Notes: generated from the letters alone by a model not told the origin. 24,000 nt of DNA from Acholeplasmataceae bacterium (GCA_030603805.1 JAUVXD010000001.1:105518-129517), one strand, 5' to 3'; positions 10,081-16,889 are shown, counted from the stretch's first letter. Translations and numbers: made by a program.

Positions 10081-10905
10081 TTATCCTTTCTGGCAGTTTG
10101 GGCAATAAATGATTTTACCACCCAGATAATTTTCTTTGATTAAAGGCTTATGACATGAAGGACAGTGGTCTCTTTTAGATGACATGAGGACTTCATAACG
10201 TCCAGGCTGACCAAAAAGATCAAAAGATTGATTTCGACCTTGTGCTTCTTTTATTTTTGAAATGATTTTTTGTGTCGATTGATAAAGCCTCAATTGTTCA
10301 TCAGGAGTCAGTGAACTCATTTTTTTCTTTGGTGATAACTTTGCATCAAATAAAATTTCTAAGAGCGTGCCATTACCTAATCCAGGAATATGTTGTTTTG
10401 TAGCAAGACCATCTTTTAAAGATCCTTTTGAGAAATCCATTTCTGTTGCTTCTTTGAAGTATTCAAAACTAAAATCGTTTGAAAGAGGATCGATGACACT
10501 GACTGCTCTTTTATAATAAATACTTTTCTCTTTAAGTTCGTCTTTCGTTCCACAAAGCATAAAAGCATAGAGTTTGGTCTTAACTTCTAATACTGTCCCA
10601 TGGTCTGTGTAAAGTTTGATTTGGTGCTTATCAGAGCCATGCTCCTCTTTGACATACGAAAAAACAAGATCTTCTGAAAGGGCAATCTCATTGCCGTTTT
10701 CAATATGAATTCGGATAAAATTGCCACTTTGAGAGGCACCCGTTATTTTTTGATGAATCAATTTAGCTTCATATGTTTTTTGATCAAAAGAAAACCATGC
10801 AAATTTATGTGGATAATGATTGATATCAACACCTAAGATAGTTAATCCTTTGAGATGCATATTGATTTCTTCGACTATAATTTTTGCTTCAGATATTTCG
10901 ATCAT
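10081..10905 (-). CDS. Fpg/Nei-family (H2TH plus zinc finger) DNA glycosylase homologue, non-canonical N-terminus
   Basis: H2TH-like IPGLGNGTLLEILFDAKLSP and a C-terminal zinc finger CPSC-x16-CPNCQ. The N-terminus is M(IM)IEISEAK rather than MPELPEVE. An in-frame TAA sits immediately upstream of the first ATG. I prefer the second ATG (10905) because of its spacing from AGGT. Confidence 0.65.
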   Translation of the reverse strand: MIEISEAKIIVEEINMHLKGLTILGVDINHYPHKFAWFSFDQKTYEAKLIHQKITGASQSGNFIRIHIENGNEIALSEDLVFSYVKEEHGSDKHQIKLYTDHGTVLEVKTKLYAFMLCGTKDELKEKSIYYKRAVSVIDPLSNDFSFEYFKEATEMDFSKGSLKDGLATKQHIPGLGNGTLLEILFDAKLSPKKKMSSLTPDEQLRLYQSTQKIISKIKEAQGRNQSFDLFGQPGRYEVLMSSKRDHCPSCHKPLIKENYLGGKIIYCPNCQKG

Positions 10906-10919
10906 GATCATTTACCTAG

Positions 10920-10948
10920 AAAAAAAGGACATACACAAAATATGCCCT
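10920..10948 (-). terminator. Intrinsic terminator after the yneF-like gene
   Basis: Minus strand: AGGGCAUA-uuuugug-UAUGUCCU followed by UUUUUUCU. One pair is G-U and forms only in the minus-strand sense. Confidence 0.6.
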
Positions 10949-10961
10949 AAAATGATGAATC

Positions 10962-11180
10962 TTATTTATATTGGTTCATTGAAGAAAGAATTTGACGAAC
11001 TTGCTTCTCAGAAGGGGTTCTACCCATCTGTCTCATCATTTCTCTAATCATTCTTTCATTGACTGGTGGATTTTTTTCAAGATATTTCTTGAACCAACGA
11101 CGGGAGATAAAGAAACCTAAAACCCCACCCAACAATAAGGTTACGACCATTAAAACGATTGCTAGCCATACTTGCATCAT
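10962..11180 (-). CDS. yneF: UPF0154 family small membrane protein (YneF-like)
   Basis: 72 aa with one N-terminal TM helix, then FISRRWFKKYLEKNPPVNERMIREMMRQMGRTPSEKQVRQI. This closely follows the YneF/UPF0154 pattern (ARKYM..YLKKNPPINE.M.R.MM.QMG.KPSQKK). RBS GGAGTG. Confidence 0.85.
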   Translation of the reverse strand: MMQVWLAIVLMVVTLLLGGVLGFFISRRWFKKYLEKNPPVNERMIREMMRQMGRTPSEKQVRQILSSMNQYK

Positions 11181-11256
11181 ATTGTATCACTCCTTGCTCA
11201 TGCTAGATTTATTTTACTTGATATATGAATAAATTACAAGCGAAAAAGAGGGGAGT

Positions 11257-11285
11257 TTGACAGAATTACATAATTTCATTATAAT
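11257..11285 (+). promoter_or_regulatory. Consensus sigma-A promoter (TTGACA - 17 nt - TATAAT)
   Basis: Perfect hexamers at 11257-11262 and 11280-11285 with a 17-nt spacer, about 30 nt upstream of the ATG at 11317 (RBS GAGGGG). Confidence 0.7.
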
Positions 11286-11316
11286 TAGAAAGACATGAAG
11301 AAACGAGGGGAAAAAG

Positions 11317-12156
11317 ATGGACTATGTGATTAATTTTGTTATGAGTCTAGCTGGTTATTTTATCTTATCAGTTTTTATCTATAATATCGCAGGGAGAAAG
11401 AGAAAAATATCTTTAATTATCCTTTCTGTTTTCACCCTAATTGAGACTTATCAAGTCATCCAAGCAGCATTGATGGGTGTTTTACCAAGTATGATTATTT
11501 TACTTTTTGTTGCACGCGTACTACCTCTTTTGTTGGCCTTCTTCTTTTTTATGTCATTTACTGGAGGACTACCACTTTTAAAGTTCAAGTTCAGAAAAAA
11601 ACTGAAGAACTTTAATACCGATATTCAAACGAAGAAAAAAACATTTTTTGTGGGTTTATCCATGATCATTGGGTCGATTGTATTAATACTTCTTGCTTAT
11701 TATTTTATTGAAGATATCTTGATGTTTGTCGTGATGGGATTATCTTTAATATCATTTGGATTTGGGATTTATTTTATTTTAATGACTCAAAAAATTAGTG
11801 AAGAGAAAGTCATTTTACTTGTTGGTAGAGAAAAAGAGCATATTTACGGTTTTAATATACCAAAAGATAAACTCAGTTTGACTGTCAAAGATTTCTTTAA
11901 AAATGATCGATATATCGTTGATGCTATTGGTGAGATTGAAATGATACATGAAAACAAATCGATCACCAAACATTATCTTTTCTGGATTGCAACAGGGGAT
12001 AAAGTGGATATGACGGGTGAAGATTTATCTAAAATTTCTAGACTCAGTTATCAAGATTTCTTGGGTCATTTTGAAAAATATCATTATAAAAAAGTTTGGT
12101 TTATGGAAACTAAGATGGGGAATCTTGAACTCATTAAAGAAAAACAGATTAAATGA
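11317..12156 (+). CDS. Hypothetical polytopic membrane protein with a ~115-aa C-terminal soluble domain
   Basis: About five hydrophobic segments in the first 165 aa, followed by a charged soluble tail. Good promoter, RBS and terminator. No family recognised. Confidence 0.6.
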   Translation: MDYVINFVMSLAGYFILSVFIYNIAGRKRKISLIILSVFTLIETYQVIQAALMGVLPSMIILLFVARVLPLLLAFFFFMSFTGGLPLLKFKFRKKLKNFNTDIQTKKKTFFVGLSMIIGSIVLILLAYYFIEDILMFVVMGLSLISFGFGIYFILMTQKISEEKVILLVGREKEHIYGFNIPKDKLSLTVKDFFKNDRYIVDAIGEIEMIHENKSITKHYLFWIATGDKVDMTGEDLSKISRLSYQDFLGHFEKYHYKKVWFMETKMGNLELIKEKQIK

Positions 12157-12177
12157 AAAAGGGCTCAGCCCTTTTTT
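12155..12177. terminator. Bidirectional intrinsic terminator between convergent genes
   Basis: AAAAAGGGC-uca-GCCCTTTTTTT. The TGA stop of rsmD (12165-12167, minus strand) lies in the loop. Confidence 0.7.
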
Positions 12178-12707
12178 TGATAAATTGAGATTCTTTTGAT
12201 CCCATAGGTTTTCTCTTTGATTTTTTCTAAAGTGTCGATGGTATCAGGTAAGATGACATCTTTTTTAGATTCACAAATGATCATTGAATCTTCTAATAGA
12301 TAGGGTTTTAACAACTTAATCACTTCTTCATAAACGTTCATTTGATAAGGTGGATCTAAAAACACATAATCAAAGGTCACTTTTGAGTCAAGTTTTGAAA
12401 TAAATTGCGTATAATTTTTATGATGAATGGACACGTTTGCTGTTTCATTCATTTTTTTCGCATTATGGATGATGGTTTTGATGGCATCGATATCAATATC
12501 AACCAAATAAGCGAAAAGAGCACCTCTAGAGATGCCTTCTAGCCCATAAGCACCAGAACCAGCAAATAGGTCAAGAATGGTGCCGTGAAGCGTTCCACCA
12601 AGCATATTGAAGACCGCTTCTTTAACCATATCTGCGGTTTCTCTTGTGGTATCTTTACCGACAATATCAAGTTTTCTTCCTCGATATTTTCCACCGATAA
12701 TACGCAT
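12165..12707 (-). CDS. rsmD: 16S rRNA (guanine966-N2)-methyltransferase RsmD
   Basis: MRIIGGKYRGRKL...TRETADMVKEAVFNML...LDLFAGSGAYGLEGISRGA...VFLDPPY, the RsmD family pattern with the DPPY motif. The ATG overlaps the copZ stop (TAATG). Confidence 0.85.
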   Translation of the reverse strand: MRIIGGKYRGRKLDIVGKDTTRETADMVKEAVFNMLGGTLHGTILDLFAGSGAYGLEGISRGALFAYLVDIDIDAIKTIIHNAKKMNETANVSIHHKNYTQFISKLDSKVTFDYVFLDPPYQMNVYEEVIKLLKPYLLEDSMIICESKKDVILPDTIDTLEKIKEKTYGIKRISIYQKKG

Positions 12708-12889
12708 TAAGACAGTGTATATCCTGCGTTTTTGATGGCAGCTTTTGCAGCTTCGACATCACTATCTTTTAAAATCGTGACACTTTTATCTGCAAGATCA
12801 ATTTTTGATTGAATACCGCTCACTAAGAGTGCTTTTTGAATCTTTGCAACACAATGGTTGCAAGTCATATCTTTAACAGTTAATTTCAT
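12707..12889 (-). CDS. copZ: Copper chaperone CopZ (single HMA domain)
   Basis: 60 aa with the MTCNHC metal-binding motif (MxCxxC) at the start of a ferredoxin-like HMA domain. RBS AAAGGAGAA. Lies immediately downstream of copA. Confidence 0.8.
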   Translation of the reverse strand: MKLTVKDMTCNHCVAKIQKALLVSGIQSKIDLADKSVTILKDSDVEAAKAAIKNAGYTLS

Positions 12890-12901
12890 ATATTTTCTCC
12901 T

Positions 12902-15055
12902 TTAAAATTGTTTAAATTTAAATAATTTAAGACTTAATGCATTAAGGACAACCATGATACTTGAAAATCCCATCCCAATACCCGCAAGTGAAGGATTGAG
13001 TAACCCAATGGCTGCTAAAGGGATCATAACTATATTATACGAGAATGCCCAGAAAAAGTTAAGATAGATGTTTTTAAGTGTTGCAAGGGATAAGTCAATT
13101 GCTTTAATAACGAGTCCCAAATCGAGACTCATTAAGGTGACATCAGAGGTATCAATGGCGATGTCTGAGCCACTACCCACTGCAAATCCGACATCAGCCA
13201 TCTTAAGTGCTGGAGCATCATTAATGCCATCTCCAACAAATGCAACAATATTGCCTAACTTTTGAATCTCATGCACTTTTTCAGCTTTTTCATGAGGGAG
13301 CACTTCATAATAGACATGTTCGATACCAAGTTGTGAAGCGATATAGGTTGCGGTTAGTTCTTGGTCGCCTGTAATCATGTAGGGTGTTATGTTTCTTCGT
13401 TTAAGCTCTTTGATGACACCTTTTGCAGATTCTTTAATAGGGTCTTGAACTGCAATCATGTTGATAACTTCTTTGGATGTAAAGGTGAAAAAGACGGTTT
13501 TACCTTGTCTTAAATACGTTTCATACGCATAGGCACTTAAATCAAGATTGAATTCTTTAGCAAGTTTTGGAGAACCCACATAATAGGTTTCATTGTGCAT
13601 ATCGCCTTTAATCCCTTTACCTAACAGGACTTCAAAATTTTCGACCTCAAGATAATTATCTTGATAGTGATCAGTAATGGCTTTTGCAATGGGATGATTC
13701 GAGTGTTTTTCTAAGGATGCTGAGAATTTTAATGTCTCTTTGTCGCCTAAAAAATCTGAGAGTTCTGGATGACCTTTGGTCAGTGTTCCTGTTTTATCAA
13801 ATGCAATCGCACTGATTTTATTGGCGATCTCAAAGAATTCGCCACCTTTATACAAGATACCTTCTTTAAATGCAATACCACTACCCACAGAAATCGAGGT
13901 TGGTGTTGCAAGACCTAATGCACAAGGACAGCTAATGACCAAAACAGCGATGGCTGGTGCAAATGCATGGGATAACTCATGACCACCATCAATGACAAAG
14001 CGCCAGGTTAAGAAAACGACAATACTGATGATAACAACTACAGGCACGAAGAGTGCTGCAATTTTATCTGCAATCCGTTGTGCTTTGGGTTTAATCAATG
14101 CTGTATCTTCTACGGTTTGAATGATGCTTGCTAAAACGGTATCTGAACCTACAGCGGTTACCTCAATTTCAAGGGTTTCAACAGTATTCATCGTTGAACC
14201 AATGACTTTACTGCCTACTTCCTTAAAGGCAGGCATGGGTTCTCCTGTAATCATGGCTTCATCGACATAACTCTTACCCTTTAAAACAATCCCATCAAGT
14301 CCAATTTTTTCGTTTGCTAAAACGATGATTGTTTCACCTTTTTGGACATCATCAATGGGAACCATGATATCCTTACCTTGTCTTCTGACGCGTGCTTCTT
14401 TTGCACCAAGACTAATTAAAGATTGTAGAGATTCTGATGTTTTTTCTTTAACTCTATTTTCGAAGAAGTTACCTAAGAGAACCATAAAAATAATGACGGC
14501 TGTTGTTTCAAAATAAAGATCTGGCATGGCGTGATGACCATTTAGATCATAGGTCAATGTTTGAAAGATACTAAAGATATAGGCTGCAGAGGTTCCAAGA
14601 ACTACCAAAGTATCCATCCCAAGGTTTCTACCTTTAATTTGGTGATAGGTTGCTTGAAAGAATCGTCTACCGACATAAAACAATATCGGAGTTGCAATCG
14701 CCCATTGGACATAGCCATCCATCAGGATTTCAGGCACATAAATCGGTATACCTAAATGGACAAACATGGTCCATAAAAGGGGAAGTGTGAGCAGGGTTGC
14801 GATGATTAAATCGATGAAGTCTCTTTTTTTCGCTTTTTCCTGTTCTTCGTTATTGAAAATCGGATAATATCCAATCACTCTTAGGTGATTACCTATTTTT
14901 TCCGTATCATATTTTTCTTCATTGTAATTAAAAATGACTTTTTTGGAAGTCACCAAAACCTTTGCATCCATGTCTTCTAAATTATTGAAATAAGATTCAA
15001 TTGATTTTGCACATTGTGCACAGGTGATATTTGAAACTTTAATTGTTTTTCTCAT
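12902..15055 (-). CDS. copA: Cu(I)-translocating P1B-1-type ATPase
   Basis: N-terminal HMA domain (ITCAQC), TGEPMP, CPCALGLATP, DKTGTLT and GDGINDAP. P1B-1 transmembrane signatures are present: N-x6-YN-x4-P (NFFWAFSYNIVMIP) and M-x2-SS-x5-N (MGFSSIMVVLN). These indicate Cu+/Ag+ rather than Zn/Cd specificity. Confidence 0.88.
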   Translation of the reverse strand: MRKTIKVSNITCAQCAKSIESYFNNLEDMDAKVLVTSKKVIFNYNEEKYDTEKIGNHLRVIGYYPIFNNEEQEKAKKRDFIDLIIATLLTLPLLWTMFVHLGIPIYVPEILMDGYVQWAIATPILFYVGRRFFQATYHQIKGRNLGMDTLVVLGTSAAYIFSIFQTLTYDLNGHHAMPDLYFETTAVIIFMVLLGNFFENRVKEKTSESLQSLISLGAKEARVRRQGKDIMVPIDDVQKGETIIVLANEKIGLDGIVLKGKSYVDEAMITGEPMPAFKEVGSKVIGSTMNTVETLEIEVTAVGSDTVLASIIQTVEDTALIKPKAQRIADKIAALFVPVVVIISIVVFLTWRFVIDGGHELSHAFAPAIAVLVISCPCALGLATPTSISVGSGIAFKEGILYKGGEFFEIANKISAIAFDKTGTLTKGHPELSDFLGDKETLKFSASLEKHSNHPIAKAITDHYQDNYLEVENFEVLLGKGIKGDMHNETYYVGSPKLAKEFNLDLSAYAYETYLRQGKTVFFTFTSKEVINMIAVQDPIKESAKGVIKELKRRNITPYMITGDQELTATYIASQLGIEHVYYEVLPHEKAEKVHEIQKLGNIVAFVGDGINDAPALKMADVGFAVGSGSDIAIDTSDVTLMSLDLGLVIKAIDLSLATLKNIYLNFFWAFSYNIVMIPLAAIGLLNPSLAGIGMGFSSIMVVLNALSLKLFKFKQF

Positions 15056-15417
15056 AAGTTTAATCCTTTCATCAGGTGATGTGCGTGGGTAATGATGTCT
15101 CTTGCATGACGATTTTTAAGTCGATAATAAACCATTTTGCCTTGTTTTTGGCTATCGACGAGATGATATTTTTTTAAATAAGTCATCTGATGTGAAATGG
15201 CACTTTTAGATACACCCAATAAATGTGCTAAATCACAGACACAAAGTTCATGTTCTTTAATCGATTCTAAAATTTTAACGCGTGTTTTATCTGCATATAT
15301 TTTAAAGATATCGACCAGTTGAATAAACTCATTATCTGGGTATAATGCTTTTTCAACTTGAGTTAATGTCTCTTGATGAAAGATGGTACAATTGCAATGT
15401 ATGTCGCATGATTTCAT
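15052..15417 (-). CDS. ArsR/SmtB-family metalloregulator, CadC-like (alpha3N thiolate site)
   Basis: wHTH core HELCVCDLAHLLGVSKSAISHQMTYLKK with the ELCVCD motif, plus an N-terminal C-x3-C (MKSCDIHCNC) as in pI258 CadC. RBS GGAGGT. The TGA stop overlaps the copA ATG (ATGA). Confidence 0.8.
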   Translation of the reverse strand: MKSCDIHCNCTIFHQETLTQVEKALYPDNEFIQLVDIFKIYADKTRVKILESIKEHELCVCDLAHLLGVSKSAISHQMTYLKKYHLVDSQKQGKMVYYRLKNRHARDIITHAHHLMKGLNL

Positions 15418-15430
15418 GAGATACCTCCAT

Positions 15431-15450
15431 AGTTGAGTGAGTGCTCAACT
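15431..15450. promoter_or_regulatory. Candidate operator: inverted repeat AGTTGAG-N6-CTCAACT
   Basis: Perfect 7-bp arms with a 6-bp spacer, lying between the putative -10 and the RBS of the ArsR-like gene. This position is typical of ArsR/SmtB autoregulatory operators. Confidence 0.5.
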
Positions 15451-15452
15451 GT

Positions 15453-15481
15453 ATGATACAGGAATTCGAAAAGATATGCAA
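15453..15481 (-). promoter_or_regulatory. cop operon promoter (TTGCAT - 17 nt - TATCAT)
   Basis: Minus strand: TTGCAT (15481-15476), a 17-nt spacer, then TATCAT (15458-15453). It lies directly downstream of the peptidase terminator and directly upstream of the inverted repeat. Confidence 0.5.
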
Positions 15482-15490
15482 GCAAAATGT

Positions 15491-15515
15491 ATAAAAAAAC
15501 ACTCCGAAGAGTGTT
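15491..15515 (-). terminator. Intrinsic terminator after the M42 peptidase gene
   Basis: Minus strand: AACACUC-uucg-GAGUGUU followed by UUUUUUAU. The stem overlaps the TAA stop at 15514-15516. Confidence 0.7.
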
Positions 15516-16575
15516 AATCTTGTAAAATTTCATCAACTTTCTTTTGATCAAGCTTTTTAATGACTGCAACCATCAGTTTAATGGTGTTTTCATAGTCATC
15601 ATAGTGAATGATTGAGGTATGAGAATGCATATAACGTGTTGGAATACCAATGGATAAGGATGCTGCACCTTTACCGTTTAAATGCATATGACCAGCATCA
15701 GTTCGACCGCCCACAATGAAAGCTTCTTGATAAGGTATTTTTTCTGCTTTAGCAACTTCAATCACAAATCTTCTTAAGGCTTGATGGGGGATAAGTCCAC
15801 CATCATATAAGAAAATTTGAGGACCTTTACCTAAAGATTGCTCTAAAGCTTCGCCACCTGGTACATCATTGGCAAGACCGGTATCCACAGCAATTGCGAT
15901 TTCGGGCTCAACGACATATGCACTAGTTTTAGCACCTCTTAAACCAACTTCTTCTTGAACTGTAAATGTACCAAAGAGCTGATTGGGCAGATCATCATCT
16001 AAACGCTTTAAAACTTCGATAACAACTGCACTACCAATACGATTATCCCAAGCTTTACCTAAAAGGTATTTTTCATTTCCTAAAACTTTAAACGTTGAAT
16101 GAGGGACAACCATATTACCAGGTTCAACCCCTAAGTTTTCAGCTTCTTCTTTAGAAGATACACCCAAATCTAAATAGAAACTATCAATAGGTAAGGCTTC
16201 CTTACGCTTTTCTTGTGGAATGATATGAGGTGGTTTCACGCCAGTGATCCCATAAACAATGCCTTTTTTGGTATGAATTTCCCATACTTGTGCAAGCATC
16301 ACTTGAGAAAACCAACCACCAAGCGTTTGAAATTTAATAAAACCTTCTTTCGTGATTTGTGTGACAAGTAATCCAATTTCATCCATATGTCCTGCAATCA
16401 TGACCCTTGGACCTTTTTGACCTTTAGTTCCAATCACTGAACCTAAATTGTCGTATGTCACTTCAGATACGTGATTTTTTATTTCTTTAGCAATAAACTG
16501 ACTGACCTTTTTTTCATTGCCTGAAACACCAGGAAGCTCAGATAATACTTTTAAGATTTCATATTCTTTTTTCAT
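15514..16575 (-). CDS. M42-family aminopeptidase (glutamyl aminopeptidase / YsdC / FrvX-like)
   Basis: LSELPGVSGNEKKV, VMIAGHMDEIGLLV, GKAWDNRIGSAVV, FTVQEEVGLRGA and a length of 353 aa fit the M42 family. RBS GGGGAA. Confidence 0.85.
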   Translation of the reverse strand: MKKEYEILKVLSELPGVSGNEKKVSQFIAKEIKNHVSEVTYDNLGSVIGTKGQKGPRVMIAGHMDEIGLLVTQITKEGFIKFQTLGGWFSQVMLAQVWEIHTKKGIVYGITGVKPPHIIPQEKRKEALPIDSFYLDLGVSSKEEAENLGVEPGNMVVPHSTFKVLGNEKYLLGKAWDNRIGSAVVIEVLKRLDDDLPNQLFGTFTVQEEVGLRGAKTSAYVVEPEIAIAVDTGLANDVPGGEALEQSLGKGPQIFLYDGGLIPHQALRRFVIEVAKAEKIPYQEAFIVGGRTDAGHMHLNGKGAASLSIGIPTRYMHSHTSIIHYDDYENTIKLMVAVIKKLDQKKVDEILQD

Positions 16576-16604
16576 ACGTGGTTCCCCTTTGTTTGATTAA
16601 TCAA

Positions 16605-16613
16605 ATTATAACA
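16605..16613 (-). promoter_or_regulatory. Extended -10 element (TGtTATAAT) for the M42 peptidase gene
   Basis: Minus strand: aaattaTGTTATAATttgatt, about 30 nt upstream of the ATG. The -35 position falls in the U/T-run of the upstream RNA terminator, so no good -35 is present. Confidence 0.45.
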
Positions 16614-16625
16614 TAATTTAAGGCG

Positions 16626-16776
16626 AAAAAAAAGCCTAGAAAGCTGTGAGAACGAAATAGTTCTACGTGGGGAATAGCTTGTCGATATTTTGGGATTCCG
16701 ATTCATCGGCGTTCACGCCCATATCGTTTTATTCCCCTAGACAATGCTTTGGGTTCCACGGCTGCTTCCTAGGTTC
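16626..16776 (-). ncRNA. Standalone structured small RNA (~150 nt) with a 6S (ssrS)-like fold; identity unconfirmed
   Basis: Lies in a 314-bp ORF-free gap and has its own promoter (16783-16811) and a 3' U8 run. Nested helices: 16773-16764 pairs with 16644-16635 (10 bp, one G-U). GUGGAAC at 16759-16753 pairs with GUUCUCAC at 16653-16646. A 15/15-nt internal bubble follows. GGGGAAUA at 16737-16730 pairs with UAUUCCCC at 16676-16669. CGAUAU at 16726-16721 pairs with AUAUCG at 16688-16683. The apex is GC-rich with UGAA loops. The G-U pairs exist only in the minus-strand sense. Confidence 0.5.
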
Positions 16777-16782
16777 ACTTTC

Positions 16783-16811
16783 ACTTTATCATGCTTTTAA
16801 AAGCATGTCAA
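16783..16811 (-). promoter_or_regulatory. Promoter of the small RNA (TTGACA - 17 nt - TGaTAAAGT)
   Basis: Perfect -35 at 16811-16806, a 17-nt spacer, a TG extension, then the -10 TAAAGT at 16788-16783. The spacer is almost entirely an 18-bp perfect palindrome. Confidence 0.55.
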
Positions 16812-16847
16812 GAAGAATGAAAGCGCTTTAGGATAAACCTAGAGCGC
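16811..16847 (-). terminator. Probable intrinsic terminator after the 16890-18347 gene
   Basis: Minus strand: GCGCUCUAGG-uuuau-CCUAAAGCGC (one C-A mismatch), followed by the interrupted U-tract UUUCAUUCUUCUU. Confidence 0.4.
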
Positions 16848-16889
16848 ATATATTTGTGATAATGTTTTCATGAAGCCATCAAAAAACAC

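Noticed and set aside
12902-15055. Because of the CadC-like regulator upstream, the ATPase might be a CadA-type Cd/Zn pump.
   Set aside because: TM7/TM8 carry the Cu(I) P1B-1 signatures (N-x6-YN-x4-P and M-x2-SS-x5-N), not the P1B-2 pattern. A CopZ-type chaperone also follows the gene.
16692-16760. Plus-strand strings GGGATTCCG and GGGTTCCACGGC faintly recall the ykkC/guanidine riboswitch core.
   Set aside because: No plus-strand gene lies downstream. The proposed helices contain G-U pairs that form only in the minus-strand sense. The promoter and U-tract are also on the minus strand.
16760-16770. The 11-mer AGGAAGCAGCC (minus strand) is identical to the conserved 3' strand of SRP RNA domain IV (helix 8), suggesting an ffs gene.
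   Set aside because: The required 5' partner (GGU-CAGG-UCC plus a GNRA tetraloop) is absent directly upstream. The 11-mer instead forms the 5' strand of a 10-bp long-range helix with 16635-16644. I treat it as coincidence unless a covariance-model search shows otherwise.
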